From Clostridia bacterium (GTDB lineage: Bacteria > Bacillota > Clostridia > TANB77 > CAG-508), in the NCBI GenBank assembly GCA_022790575.1, contig JAAVXM010000062.1, forward strand, positions 1 to 32,000: a stretch of DNA of 32,000 bases, in the 5' to 3' direction. Positions within the stretch are counted from its first letter, which is position 1; each line of letters begins with the position of its first letter. Both the position numbers and the translations under genes were made by a program. This document shows positions 1 to 9,170 of this stretch, piece after piece. The notes below the pieces were generated by a model. The model ran no database searches and had not been told where the DNA came from. It saw only the letters and a program-made list of their open reading frames with translations.

Positions 1-1269
1 ATTATAAAAAATTAAAAATAAGACTAAGTAATAAATTATATAAGACAAATTAAAAAACTAAGTATAAAAACCAAAATAATAAAAAACATTCTGAAGATGT
101 AAGTGAATTACCATTAAAATAAATTTATTTTATGAATAAAATATTAAATTTATTAATTGGTGTATTATTATAAATAAATTATAAGTAATTATTTATATAC
201 TTATATAACATATAAATTCAAATTGATAATAAAATAAAAAAATGCTAAATAATAAATTAATAATGTATGATAATATGAAAGTATTTTTGAATTATAGATT
301 AATAGAGTGTAATTTTAATAACAATTCGTAAAAGAGTACCAAAGAATTTTTTATATAATATAAGAATAGGAAACAGAAAAATTTTAGATTGAGTGTTACA
401 AAAATGATTCATTATATGTAGAAGATGAGTGATTAATTTTGATTAAAGTATATATATAAAAATCATGATAGGAATGGTATATTAAAAAGTATAGATGGAA
501 GTATGTATGCTAGGGAATCAATGGATTTAATGTAAAAAGTAGTATATAGACTCTGGTATTATATATGGTATAAATTCAATTCACTAAAATATTGGATGTT
601 ATATAAAAAACTATTTAGTTATTGGCGCCCTAAGGCAGAGGCATGTTCTTATAATGGAAATGCTATTATAAATCTGTAAAGAATGATAATAAAAATGGGA
701 ATAAATGTAAAAAAGTGGCGCAAGATATTAAGTAGAGTTACATGGAAACGCTTGGGAAATAAGAAGATAGTACATTTTAGCTAAATTAGACTATAATATA
801 AAAAAATATACAAAATGTATGGCAAAATAATTTTTGTATAGATAATATATTGTAACAATACAATAAAATAAATTGCTAAATGGTAACTTGAAATTATAAA
901 TAAGTATATAAATTTCAGACACTAAAAAAGGAAATTATAAAAAATAAATAAGTTTTATTTGAATTATAACAAATTGATGGATTATTTTATGAAAAATATA
1001 AGTTTAATAAATATAGATTAAATTATAATAGACAAATTATAGATTAAAATACAATAAAAGTTTGAATTGAAAATCATATATATTTTAAAATATTTATAAA
1101 GTTAAAAAATTTTTTATTATATGAAAAAGTAAATAGTTTAATTAAAATATTATTTAATAAAAGAGAAAATAAATAATTAATAAAAGGTTTAAAAAATAAA
1201 ATAATAATTAAATCAAAAAAAGATTAGGAGGTTATAAAAATAGAATTAGAAAATAATATAGAAATAAAA

Positions 1270-1947
1270 ATGGAAAATAATCAAAGTAAATTTTTAGATT
1301 CATTATTAGGAAAAACAATTAATGGAGCAATTGATATAGGTTTAAGAGCAATTTTACCAGATTTAATTGAAAATCAAATAATTGAAATTAAAAATAGCTT
1401 ATTCGAAAATGGGTTGAATGGTGGAATAAAACAGGCCATTAATACAATTGTAGATTTTACAAAAAGTACAACAGGTATAGTTACAGGTAGATTTGACAAT
1501 ATTGAACAAATTAATTTTGCAATTGGAAAAGGTGGACTGATAGACACAATATCAAATATTTTTGACTTTGCAACAAATAAAATTTATGAAAAGGGGTATA
1601 TTAATAGTACAATAAAACATATTATTAAAAACGGAAAAAATACTATATTAAATACAATATCTAATAATATAAAAAAAGAATTGGATAATCAAAATGATTT
1701 ATTAGGAGGTCTGGAGAAAAATATAAAGAAATGGAAAGATGCATATAATATTAAAGACTTAAATAGCATGAATAAAATATATAATGCTATAGAAAAGAAA
1801 TTTGATAAGATTATTCCAATAGAAAATATATGCAAGGAAATCAGGAATATAGAAGCAATACATGAGTTTATTAAGAATAATGGTAATAGTATCAGTATTT
1901 CAGATATTGAAAGAGAGGTTATTGAGAAATTTGCTAATATAACATAG
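1270..1947 (+). CDS. Hypothetical protein (225 aa). The N-terminal half is Gly/Asn/Ile-rich and the C-terminal half is Lys-rich and helical. No family recognised.
   Basis: It is the only long ORF here in stop-rich AT-rich DNA. A perfect AGGAGG (1226-1231) lies 38 nt upstream of the ATG, so the true start may be the in-frame ATA at 1240. Confidence 0.55.
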   Translation: MENNQSKFLDSLLGKTINGAIDIGLRAILPDLIENQIIEIKNSLFENGLNGGIKQAINTIVDFTKSTTGIVTGRFDNIEQINFAIGKGGLIDTISNIFDFATNKIYEKGYINSTIKHIIKNGKNTILNTISNNIKKELDNQNDLLGGLEKNIKKWKDAYNIKDLNSMNKIYNAIEKKFDKIIPIENICKEIRNIEAIHEFIKNNGNSISISDIEREVIEKFANIT

Positions 1948-2026
1948 GTATTGAAAAAAGAGCATATATGAGTGTTTTTATAATACACTACAAATATACT
2001 CCTTAAATACTCTATAAAGAATTTCA

Positions 2027-2377
2027 TTATTTAACATTTTCAGTAATTTTGTTACAAAAATCATTTGAACATAGAATTACATTATATATAAAGTCTGATG
2101 TAACATCTGAATTTAGAGATAAAATATTAGTAATCTTTTCTACAATTCCATTATTAGAGTCTTTACTAAAAAGTAAATAATCTGCAGATACACCAGTATA
2201 TTTAACTACTTTCTTTAGTGTTCTAACACTAAGAGCTCGCTCACCTCTCTCGATTTGACCTAAAAATGAATCTGTTATATCAATCTTTTCTGAAAATTCT
2301 TCTCTTGTCATGTGCATACCATCACGTATACTACGTAATCTTTCACCAATTTCTATGTCATCTTTATTATATTGCAT
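2027..2377 (-). CDS. XRE-family helix-turn-helix transcriptional regulator (116 aa)
   Basis: The N-terminal HTH_XRE signature is IGERLRSIRDGMHMTREEFSEKIDITDSFLGQIERGERALSVRTLKKVVKYTGVSADYLLF. A GAGGTG SD lies 8 nt before the ATG. Confidence 0.85.
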   Translation of the reverse strand: MQYNKDDIEIGERLRSIRDGMHMTREEFSEKIDITDSFLGQIERGERALSVRTLKKVVKYTGVSADYLLFSKDSNNGIVEKITNILSLNSDVTSDFIYNVILCSNDFCNKITENVK

Positions 2378-2589
2378 ATAAGTATCACCTCTAAAAATTT
2401 TTTTATATTATATAGCGAAAATTGTCAATATATAATAAGCAAAAAGCATATATTTCGTATATGCAATTGTGGTGTTTGTTGGGAAATATAATACTTTTAT
2501 AAATATTTTGTATTTTTATAGTGTATGAAAAGTAATTATATAAATTTATATTGTAAACTAAAATATAATTAATAAGGAGACTTGAAATT

Positions 2590-2808
2590 ATGATTAATGA
2601 TGAAGCGTTAGATAAAATTTATAGAAAGATGCAACCAAGTATTGAAGAGAAAATATATAAAGAGTATCATAGTAGGTTAAAACAAATTAATGAAAATGAT
2701 GAAGATGAAAGAAATAATATAAAAATGGGTATAATTAGTGAGTTATATTATAAACAAGGTTTTATTGACGGAATGAATTTTATGCTTAAAAATATGTTAA
2801 AAAAATAG
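2590..2808 (+). CDS. Small hypothetical protein (72 aa), divergent from the XRE regulator
   Basis: An AGGAGA SD lies 9 nt upstream of the ATG. The product is charged and helical, and no family was recognised. Confidence 0.5.
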   Translation: MINDEALDKIYRKMQPSIEEKIYKEYHSRLKQINENDEDERNNIKMGIISELYYKQGFIDGMNFMLKNMLKK

Positions 2809-2864
2809 TTGCTATTTATTTATAAAAATTATATATAAATTTAAAAAATAATTAGTTAAAAGCC

Positions 2865-2893
2865 TTGCAAAATAAGGATTGTTATAATATAAT
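2865..2893 (+). promoter_or_regulatory. Putative sigma-A promoter of gyrA
   Basis: TTGCAA (2865-2870), a 17-nt spacer, then TATAAT (2888-2893), about 37 nt upstream of the gyrA ATG. Confidence 0.4.
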
Positions 2894-2929
2894 ACTCATG
2901 TAAAAGATAAAGGAAAGAGGTAAAAAACG

Positions 2930-5395
2930 ATGAGTGAAAGACAAGATGGAAACATAATCAAAAGAGATATTGAACAAGAGATGAGAACAGCCTATATAGA
3001 TTATGCAATGAGTGTTATAGTAGCAAGAGCATTACCAGATGTTAGAGATGGTTTGAAGCCAGTACATAGAAGAATCTTATATGCTATGCATGAAGATGGC
3101 ATTACATCGGACAAACCATATAGGAAGTGTGCAAATACTGTTGGTGCAGTATTAGGAAGATACCATCCTCATGGTGATGCATCTGTTTATGATGCAATGG
3201 TAAGAATGGCACAAGATTTTTCAATGAGATATATGTTAATTGATGGACATGGAAACTTTGGTTCTATTGATGGAGATGGTGCAGCAGCAATGAGGTATAC
3301 TGAAGCAAGAATGTCAAAGTTATCAGAACAAATGCTAACAGATATAGAAAAGAATACAGTAGACTTTATGCCAAACTATGATGATAGATTACAAGAACCT
3401 TCTGTGTTACCAGCGAAAGTTCCAACACTATTGGTTAATGGTTCATCAGGTATTGCTGTAGGAATGGCAACAAATATTCCACCACATAATTTAACTGAAG
3501 TTATTAATGGTGTAATAAAAATTATTGATGAAGATAATGTAACTGATGAGGATTTAATGCAGATAATAAAAGGACCAGATTTTCCAACAGGTGGAATGAT
3601 ACTTGGAATAGAAGGAATAAAAGAGGCATATAGAACAGGTAAAGGCAAAATCATTATGAGGGCAGAAGCTGAAATCGAAGAAATGAGTGGAAATAGACAG
3701 AGAATACTAGTTTCATCACTTCCATACCAAGTAAATAAAGCTCGTCTAATTGAAAACATGGCAAGACTTTGCAGAGAGAAACGTATAGAAGGAATTTCTG
3801 AAATTAGAGATGAATCTGACAGAAATGATAGAGTTAGAATTGTAATAGAACTTAAAAGAGATGCTAATCCACAAGTTGTTTTAAATCAATTGTATAAAAA
3901 CACACAAATGCAAGAGACATTTGGAGTGATAATGCTTGCATTGGTTAATGGAGAACCCAAAATATTAACTTTAAGACAATGCTTGGATTGCTACATAGAA
4001 CATAGAAAAAAGGTAATAATAAGAAGAACACAATTCGAACTAGATAAGGCTTTAGCAAGAGCACATATATTAGAAGGATTGAAAATAGCAATCGATAATA
4101 TTGATGAGGTTATAGCAATTATACGTAATTCGTATGATGATGCAAAGGAAAGATTGATTGAAAGATTTGGACTTACAGATATACAAGCCCAAGCAATATT
4201 AGATATGAGATTAAAAACACTATCTGGATTGCAACGTGAAAAAATAGAAGAAGAATATAAACAATTAATGGAATTAATAGAACATTTAAGAGCAATATTA
4301 AATAGTGAAAAATTGGTTTTTGATATTATAAAAGAAGAACTTATAGAAATTAGGGACAAATTTGGAGATGAGAGAAAAACAAAGATTGTAGCTGCAGAAG
4401 GAGAAATTGCTATTGAGGATTTGATTAAAGAAGAACAAACAGTTATTGCACTAACTCATTTTGGATATATTAAAAGAATGCCAATTGATACATATAGAAG
4501 TCAAAAACGTGGAGGAAAAGGAATAACTGGAATAGCAACAAGAGAAGAAGATTTTGTAAAACAAATATTTACAGCATCAACACATGATACAATAATGTTC
4601 TTTACTAATAAAGGAAAACTATATAGATTAAGAGGATATGAAGTGCCTGAAGCTGGAAGGACAGCCAGAGGAACAGCTATAGTAAATTTACTAAGTCTAG
4701 ATGCAGGAGAAAAGGTGTCTGCAGTAATACCAATTCAAAATTTTGCTGAAGGAAAATATCTATTAATGGCTACTAAAAATGGACTTATAAAGAAAACTGC
4801 TTTATCAGAATATAATTCTGCAAGAAAAACTGGTTTACAAGGTATAACACTTAAAGAAGATGATGAATTGATTGCTGTTAGATTAACTGATGGAGAAGAT
4901 AATGTCGTTCTTGTAACAAGAAATGGTATATGCATTACATTTGACGAAAAAGAAGTGAGGCCAATTGGAAGAGTGTCACAAGGTGTTATTGGTATAAGAA
5001 TTGATGAAGATGATGAAGTAATAGGAATGGAATCTATAATATCTGGAGGAAAAGCGACATTGTTGGCAATTACTGAAAATGGATTTGGAAAGAGAACAGA
5101 ACTTGATGAATATAGAGTGCAACTTCGTGGAGGAAAAGGTGTTATAACATACAAAATAACTAATAAAACAGGTAAATTAGTTGGAGTAAGAATAGCGACA
5201 GATGAAGAGGATGTTATGCTTATAACAGATACAGGTACAATTATAAGATTAAAAGTTAAAGATATAAGTGTATTAGGTCGTTCAACACAAGGTGTTACAT
5301 TAATGAGAACTACTGATGGAGGAAAGGTCGTAAGTATAGAAACATTACTTCCTGAAATAGCAGAAACTGAAGATGAAGAAGAAATAAAAGAATAA
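2930..5395 (+). CDS. gyrA: DNA gyrase subunit A (821 aa)
   Basis: QRDR motif [21 protein letters not shown]. Catalytic region [10 protein letters not shown]. GyrA box QKRGGKG (4502-4522), which distinguishes GyrA from ParC. Acidic C-terminal tail. Confidence 0.97.
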   Translation: MSERQDGNIIKRDIEQEMRTAYIDYAMSVIVARALPDVRDGLKPVHRRILYAMHEDGITSDKPYRKCANTVGAVLGRYHPHGDASVYDAMVRMAQDFSMRYMLIDGHGNFGSIDGDGAAAMRYTEARMSKLSEQMLTDIEKNTVDFMPNYDDRLQEPSVLPAKVPTLLVNGSSGIAVGMATNIPPHNLTEVINGVIKIIDEDNVTDEDLMQIIKGPDFPTGGMILGIEGIKEAYRTGKGKIIMRAEAEIEEMSGNRQRILVSSLPYQVNKARLIENMARLCREKRIEGISEIRDESDRNDRVRIVIELKRDANPQVVLNQLYKNTQMQETFGVIMLALVNGEPKILTLRQCLDCYIEHRKKVIIRRTQFELDKALARAHILEGLKIAIDNIDEVIAIIRNSYDDAKERLIERFGLTDIQAQAILDMRLKTLSGLQREKIEEEYKQLMELIEHLRAILNSEKLVFDIIKEELIEIRDKFGDERKTKIVAAEGEIAIEDLIKEEQTVIALTHFGYIKRMPIDTYRSQKRGGKGITGIATREEDFVKQIFTASTHDTIMFFTNKGKLYRLRGYEVPEAGRTARGTAIVNLLSLDAGEKVSAVIPIQNFAEGKYLLMATKNGLIKKTALSEYNSARKTGLQGITLKEDDELIAVRLTDGEDNVVLVTRNGICITFDEKEVRPIGRVSQGVIGIRIDEDDEVIGMESIISGGKATLLAITENGFGKRTELDEYRVQLRGGKGVITYKITNKTGKLVGVRIATDEEDVMLITDTGTIIRLKVKDISVLGRSTQGVTLMRTTDGGKVVSIETLLPEIAETEDEEEIKE

Positions 5396-5428
5396 AAATT
5401 TATAAATAAATAATTAAAAAATTAAGTT

Positions 5429-5468
5429 CCCCCCAATTTTTAAACAGGAAAGTCTAAAAATTGGGGGG
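5429..5468. terminator. Bidirectional rho-independent terminator between convergent gyrA and dnaI
   Basis: A 13-bp perfect stem pairs CCCCCCAATTTTT (5429-5441) with AAAAATTGGGGGG (5456-5468) around a 14-nt loop, with T-rich flanks on both strands. Confidence 0.75.
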
Positions 5469-5473
5469 ATTTA

Positions 5474-6481
5474 TTATTTTCTTTTAAATCGTAAATCATC
5501 ACCAAAGAAATAATACATATCATAGAAACCAGCTAAACGAGAGCCAATACGTTCTTCGTAATATTTAAAAATATTATCACTATTTAAATTAGTTGAAATT
5601 ATGGTTTTTGTAATTTTATTGTTTAAATTAAGTAATCGAGTATTTAATATTGTAAAGAGTTCACTTAGTTTCATGCTATTTAAACATTCTGTACCTAAAT
5701 CATCAATAATTAATAAGTCTGTTTCTAAAACATTTTTGTAAAAATTGTCTTGTGATGAATTTTTATATTTATTTATTTTATTATCTATAACTGTTTCTAG
5801 TAAAACAGGAGCTGTTTGATAAAGTACATTTTTTCTGTTTTTTATTAATTCATTTGCAATACAATTTGTCATAAATGTTTTACCAAGACCAGTATTTCCT
5901 GTAAAAAGTAAATTTTTATAATTAGGATTATCAAAGTTTTCTACAAATTCAATACATTTCTTTTTTATATCTAATATATTTTGCCTTGGTGAAATATTTG
6001 CATTATATTTCTGTGGATTTATACTGTCTGAAAAAATATTGGCATCAAAAGTGTTAAAGTTTTCTTTGTCAAGGTTTGATATATTAGATTTGTTACAAGA
6101 TATATTTAATAATTTTTGAGACAAGCAAGAACACATAGTTGAACTAGTATTTTCTTTTTGTATATATCCTGTGTCTTTACATAGATTACATTCATATTGT
6201 GGCTGTAAAATATCTTTTGATATTTTCTGTTGACTTAAAATATCTTCTTTTTCCTTTTTTAACATTGAAATGGTTTCATTCATATCTTTTAATGATACAT
6301 TGTTACCATTTAAAATGTTTTTCGCCATTTTTATTGCATAAGAATTTAGTTCATTATCTATCTCCTCAAGTCTAGGGAGTTGTTTATATAGTTCTTCTTT
6401 CTTTTTTTCTAAAGTTAGTTCGGCTTTGCGTTTTTTTTGTTCATATTCTAATAATAATGTTGATAACAATTCATTTGCCAT
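5474..6481 (-). CDS. dnaI: Primosomal helicase-loader ATPase DnaI/DnaC-like (335 aa)
   Basis: The N-terminal region has Zn-binding-type cysteines (CNLCKDTGYI...MCSC). Walker A is GNTGLGKTF and Walker B is LLIIDDLG. The start overlaps the upstream stop as TAATG at 6481, which indicates translational coupling. Confidence 0.85.
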   Translation of the reverse strand: MANELLSTLLLEYEQKKRKAELTLEKKKEELYKQLPRLEEIDNELNSYAIKMAKNILNGNNVSLKDMNETISMLKKEKEDILSQQKISKDILQPQYECNLCKDTGYIQKENTSSTMCSCLSQKLLNISCNKSNISNLDKENFNTFDANIFSDSINPQKYNANISPRQNILDIKKKCIEFVENFDNPNYKNLLFTGNTGLGKTFMTNCIANELIKNRKNVLYQTAPVLLETVIDNKINKYKNSSQDNFYKNVLETDLLIIDDLGTECLNSMKLSELFTILNTRLLNLNNKITKTIISTNLNSDNIFKYYEERIGSRLAGFYDMYYFFGDDLRFKRK

Positions 6482-7467
6482 TAATTCTCACCCTCTACAT
6501 TCAATATGTTAGAATTAGCATATAAATATGATAAATTATCGTATTTTCTTTGCTCAAAAGATGCTTTAGCAACCTTTTTTTCTAATTGTTTTGTGTCTTT
6601 CTTTTGTTTGTTTCTTTGTTCTATAAATGCAAGTACTTCGTTTGGAGTTTTTAAACCTCGCTCATGCCAGTCTGTAATTATATTATTGATATATTCAAAT
6701 GTTGGACTGGATTTAAAAAGTGTCCTCTTTAAAGCAATTTCAATAACATCTAATTCATATTTAAAGTCAATAACCCATTTTTCAATATATGCTTCTTCAT
6801 ATTGTGTAAGTGTTTGCTTTCCAAGTTTTTTTGCAATTGTTCGCTTTATTTTTATGAGTTTTTCTTGCTTTTGCTCATATAGTTCTAAGTCATTCCAGGT
6901 TCTAATTTTATTATTATACCACGCTTCTGCCACTGTTTGAATATAGTTTTTATGCAAAGCAGAACGTTTGAAACAATAATCAAAAAGTGCAATCATTACT
7001 GTGTCATCAAAATCATATTTAGTAAACCATAAATCAATGTCATTATACCAAGATGGTCCCATAATTCCTTGGAAATATCCGTTATTGATATGGTCAATTA
7101 CTTTTGCTCTTTCTTTATTTCTAGCTATTTCTTCAACCTTTTCTGGCGAAGCTGTTAAATTTGGCTTATATAATTTATTAAGAGTAATTTCTTGTAAATT
7201 AGGAACAATGTAGCCAGAAGTTTTCTTTATAATCAGTCCATTTGTGTCTAAATATGAAATAGAATCATTTATATCCTTTAATGGCAAAGATAGCCTCTTT
7301 GATAAATCATTTAGTTTTATTTCTCTATCAAATTTAGCCAAAAAAGACATGTATAAATAGACTTTTACACAATTTGCTGGCATTTGTGATAAGTATTCTG
7401 CGAAAAAGATGTCTGGGACAACTGTTTCAGAGAATAATAGTGGTAAATCTGTTTGTTCTAATTTCAT
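6481..7467 (-). CDS. DnaD-domain replication initiation/primosome protein (B. subtilis DnaB/DnaD family, 328 aa)
   Basis: Two DnaB_2/DnaD-type repeats are visible (..VMIALFDYCFKRSALHKNYIQTVAEAWYNNKIRTWNDL.. and ..DVIEIALKRTLFKSSPTFEYINNIITDWHERGLKTPNEV..). It is paired with dnaI as in Firmicutes. Confidence 0.8.
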   Translation of the reverse strand: MKLEQTDLPLLFSETVVPDIFFAEYLSQMPANCVKVYLYMSFLAKFDREIKLNDLSKRLSLPLKDINDSISYLDTNGLIIKKTSGYIVPNLQEITLNKLYKPNLTASPEKVEEIARNKERAKVIDHINNGYFQGIMGPSWYNDIDLWFTKYDFDDTVMIALFDYCFKRSALHKNYIQTVAEAWYNNKIRTWNDLELYEQKQEKLIKIKRTIAKKLGKQTLTQYEEAYIEKWVIDFKYELDVIEIALKRTLFKSSPTFEYINNIITDWHERGLKTPNEVLAFIEQRNKQKKDTKQLEKKVAKASFEQRKYDNLSYLYANSNILNVEGEN

Positions 7468-7496
7468 TCTAATTCCCCCAATAGATATTTTGTCAA

Positions 7497-7524
7497 ATTA
7501 TATCATTTTGAGAAATAAAATCAA
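7497..7524 (-). promoter_or_regulatory. Putative extended -10 promoter for the DnaD-domain gene and dnaI
   Basis: On the minus strand, TTGATT (7524-7519), a 16-nt spacer, then TGATATAAT (7505-7497). This is followed by a GGGGGA SD before the ATG at 7467. Confidence 0.45.
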
Positions 7525-7601
7525 ATATAAAACAAAAAGATTAAATAAGAAAAAATTAGATAAAAATAGTTAAAAAGAAATTAACTGGGGATTTCTAGAA
7601 A

Positions 7602-7886
7602 TTAAAACTTTTTAAATAAATATAACTTTGGCGATATTATATATTTAATAAGATATATAATAACATTTATAAAAGATTCTCCATTAAAACCTATTATACT
7701 TATTAATAGTACAGGAAAAGTAAGAGACACTAGTAAAAAGATTTTTATATTCCAACTTTCAAACAATATCTGCACAATTGATAATACTATACCAAACCAT
7801 ATTGCATCAAATATTAAATTAGAATAATCAATAACTCCAAAAAGTTTATTTTTAAAATTGTAATTTTGAGGTATTATAAATTTCAT
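7602..7886 (-). CDS. PrgI/VirB3-like small T4SS membrane protein (94 aa, 2 TM)
   Basis: The N-terminal pattern IPQNYNFKNKLFGVIDYSNLIF followed by two hydrophobic helices resembles PrgI-family proteins. An AAGGAG SD is present, and the gene sits in an operon with other T4SS-like genes. Confidence 0.5.
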   Translation of the reverse strand: MKFIIPQNYNFKNKLFGVIDYSNLIFDAIWFGIVLSIVQILFESWNIKIFLLVSLTFPVLLISIIGFNGESFINVIIYLIKYIISPKLYLFKKF

Positions 7887-7944
7887 AAAACTCCTTTCAT
7901 AAGATAATTGAATTGCAAAAAATAATAATTAATGAATGTTAAAG

Positions 7945-8817
7945 CTATTTTTTGAAAAAGTTATTCACATTTTGTGATAAAGTTGTGGAAACTCCACCAA
8001 TAAATTCACGTACAAAAGAATTAGATTTTATAAGTGCATTAATTGCACCAATATATATAAACTTTATCATTAAACTTCCAGATGAAAAATCTATAGAAAA
8101 AAGAATTAGCAAAACTATAGAGACTATAATTTGAATAAATAAAAGTGAAAAAATATTTCTAATCCAACTTTTAAAAAACCAAGAAGTGCTTTCTAATAAT
8201 AAAGATAAAAAGGCAAATGGAGATAAGAGTATAAAGACTTTTAACATGACATATCTAAAAGAATAAGTAAAAACTAAATTTAAAAGTGACATTGTTAAAG
8301 ATGCTTTAATTATTCCATCTAAAGAAAATACATTAAAAGATGCTTCTTCTATAGAAATAAAGTTATTTATATTTAATATAAGTTCTGAGAAACAAATACT
8401 TTTATTAAATAATTGCTCACCAATTCCTCTTATAGCTAATGTTATATTTGAGAAAAAATCTAATAATTGAGATATAAGAAAATATGAAGAATTTACACAA
8501 ACACAAAAAATAATACATTTAAATATGAATTGTGTGGGAGTCTCAATTTTGCTATATGTAAAATGTGAAAAAAGGTATTTTATTGCATAATATAAAACAA
8601 ACCCAAATAAAAGGGAATTTGCAATTAATAAAAGACCATTTGAAGAAGTAGTGCCTAAAATTTTTTCAAAATATGAGTCATTTAGTATGTCTGAACTAAT
8701 AAAAGTAATATCATCCAAAATTTCATATAAACTATTATCAATTGAAGAAAAAAGATTTTGCAAAATGGTGTTTATAGTATTAATTATGGATGTTGTAATA
8801 TTTGAAGTATTTTCCAT
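7945..8817 (-). CDS. Polytopic membrane protein, VirB6/TrbL-like by topology and context (290 aa)
   Basis: About 6 hydrophobic helices. It is tightly packed (14-58 nt gaps) between the pilin-like and PrgI-like genes. No diagnostic motif is present, so the call rests on context. Confidence 0.45.
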   Translation of the reverse strand: MENTSNITTSIINTINTILQNLFSSIDNSLYEILDDITFISSDILNDSYFEKILGTTSSNGLLLIANSLLFGFVLYYAIKYLFSHFTYSKIETPTQFIFKCIIFCVCVNSSYFLISQLLDFFSNITLAIRGIGEQLFNKSICFSELILNINNFISIEEASFNVFSLDGIIKASLTMSLLNLVFTYSFRYVMLKVFILLSPFAFLSLLLESTSWFFKSWIRNIFSLLFIQIIVSIVLLILFSIDFSSGSLMIKFIYIGAINALIKSNSFVREFIGGVSTTLSQNVNNFFKK

Positions 8818-8831
8818 TCTTTTTCCTCACT

Positions 8832-9146
8832 TTAGATTAAAGATTGAATTGCAGATAGTATAAGGTCAATTGCTAGAATAAATGCATAGGAAAATAATGA
8901 ACCTGTTATTAATTTTTTTCCTGTACGAATTTTTTCCTCATCTCCAAAACTGAATTTTCTCATCAAAGCACCAGTACATACTGCAACAGCAGCAGCAGGA
9001 GTGGAAACTTTTATAATCCAACCTTCAATATCCTCAAATGCACTGTTTAATTTTGTGACCAATTTTGGTGTTGCAGCAAAACATGATTGGGATAATAATA
9101 AAATAAAACAAAATATTAATAAAAATATAAATATGATTTTTTTCAT
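8832..9146 (-). CDS. T4SS pilin-like protein (VirB2/TrbC-type, 104 aa)
   Basis: Signal peptide ending SQSCFA/ATP. The mature part, about 80 aa, has two hydrophobic helices separated by a charged loop (RKFSFGDEEKIRTGKK). AGGAGG SD. Confidence 0.5.
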   Translation of the reverse strand: MKKIIFIFLLIFCFILLLSQSCFAATPKLVTKLNSAFEDIEGWIIKVSTPAAAVAVCTGALMRKFSFGDEEKIRTGKKLITGSLFSYAFILAIDLILSAIQSLI

Positions 9147-9170
9147 AAAACCTCCTTTTAGGGTAATTCC

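Noticed and set aside
1-1269. The long AT-rich non-coding region might be a replication origin (oriC), given the nearby gyrA and replication genes.
   Set aside because: I could find no TTATCCACA-type DnaA boxes or close variants on either strand, and no dnaA or dnaN is adjacent.
1689-2027. A 112-aa minus-strand ORF overlapping the end of the 225-aa gene.
   Set aside because: It is an antisense artefact. The downstream XRE gene has its own SD and start.
2406-2437. A 9-bp inverted repeat (tattatata-N14-tatataata) might be an operator for the XRE regulator.
   Set aside because: It is made purely of TA repeats in DNA of about 15% GC. Such palindromes are expected by chance, so it is mentioned only as context and not called as a feature.
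3376-5154. Minus-strand ORFs within gyrA (3376-3759, 3991-4359, 4735-5154).
   Set aside because: They are antisense to an unambiguous gyrA reading frame.
2930-5395. This topoisomerase subunit might be ParC rather than GyrA, given that no gyrB is adjacent.
   Set aside because: The C-terminal domain contains a GyrA box (QKRGGKG at 4502-4522), which is diagnostic for GyrA.
6506-7213. Plus-strand ORFs 6506-6940 and 7001-7213, and similarly 7952-8134, 8651-8863 and 9001-9294.
   Set aside because: They are antisense to the DnaD-domain and T4SS-like genes. Their composition is Phe/Ser/Leu-rich and they have no ribosome-binding sites.
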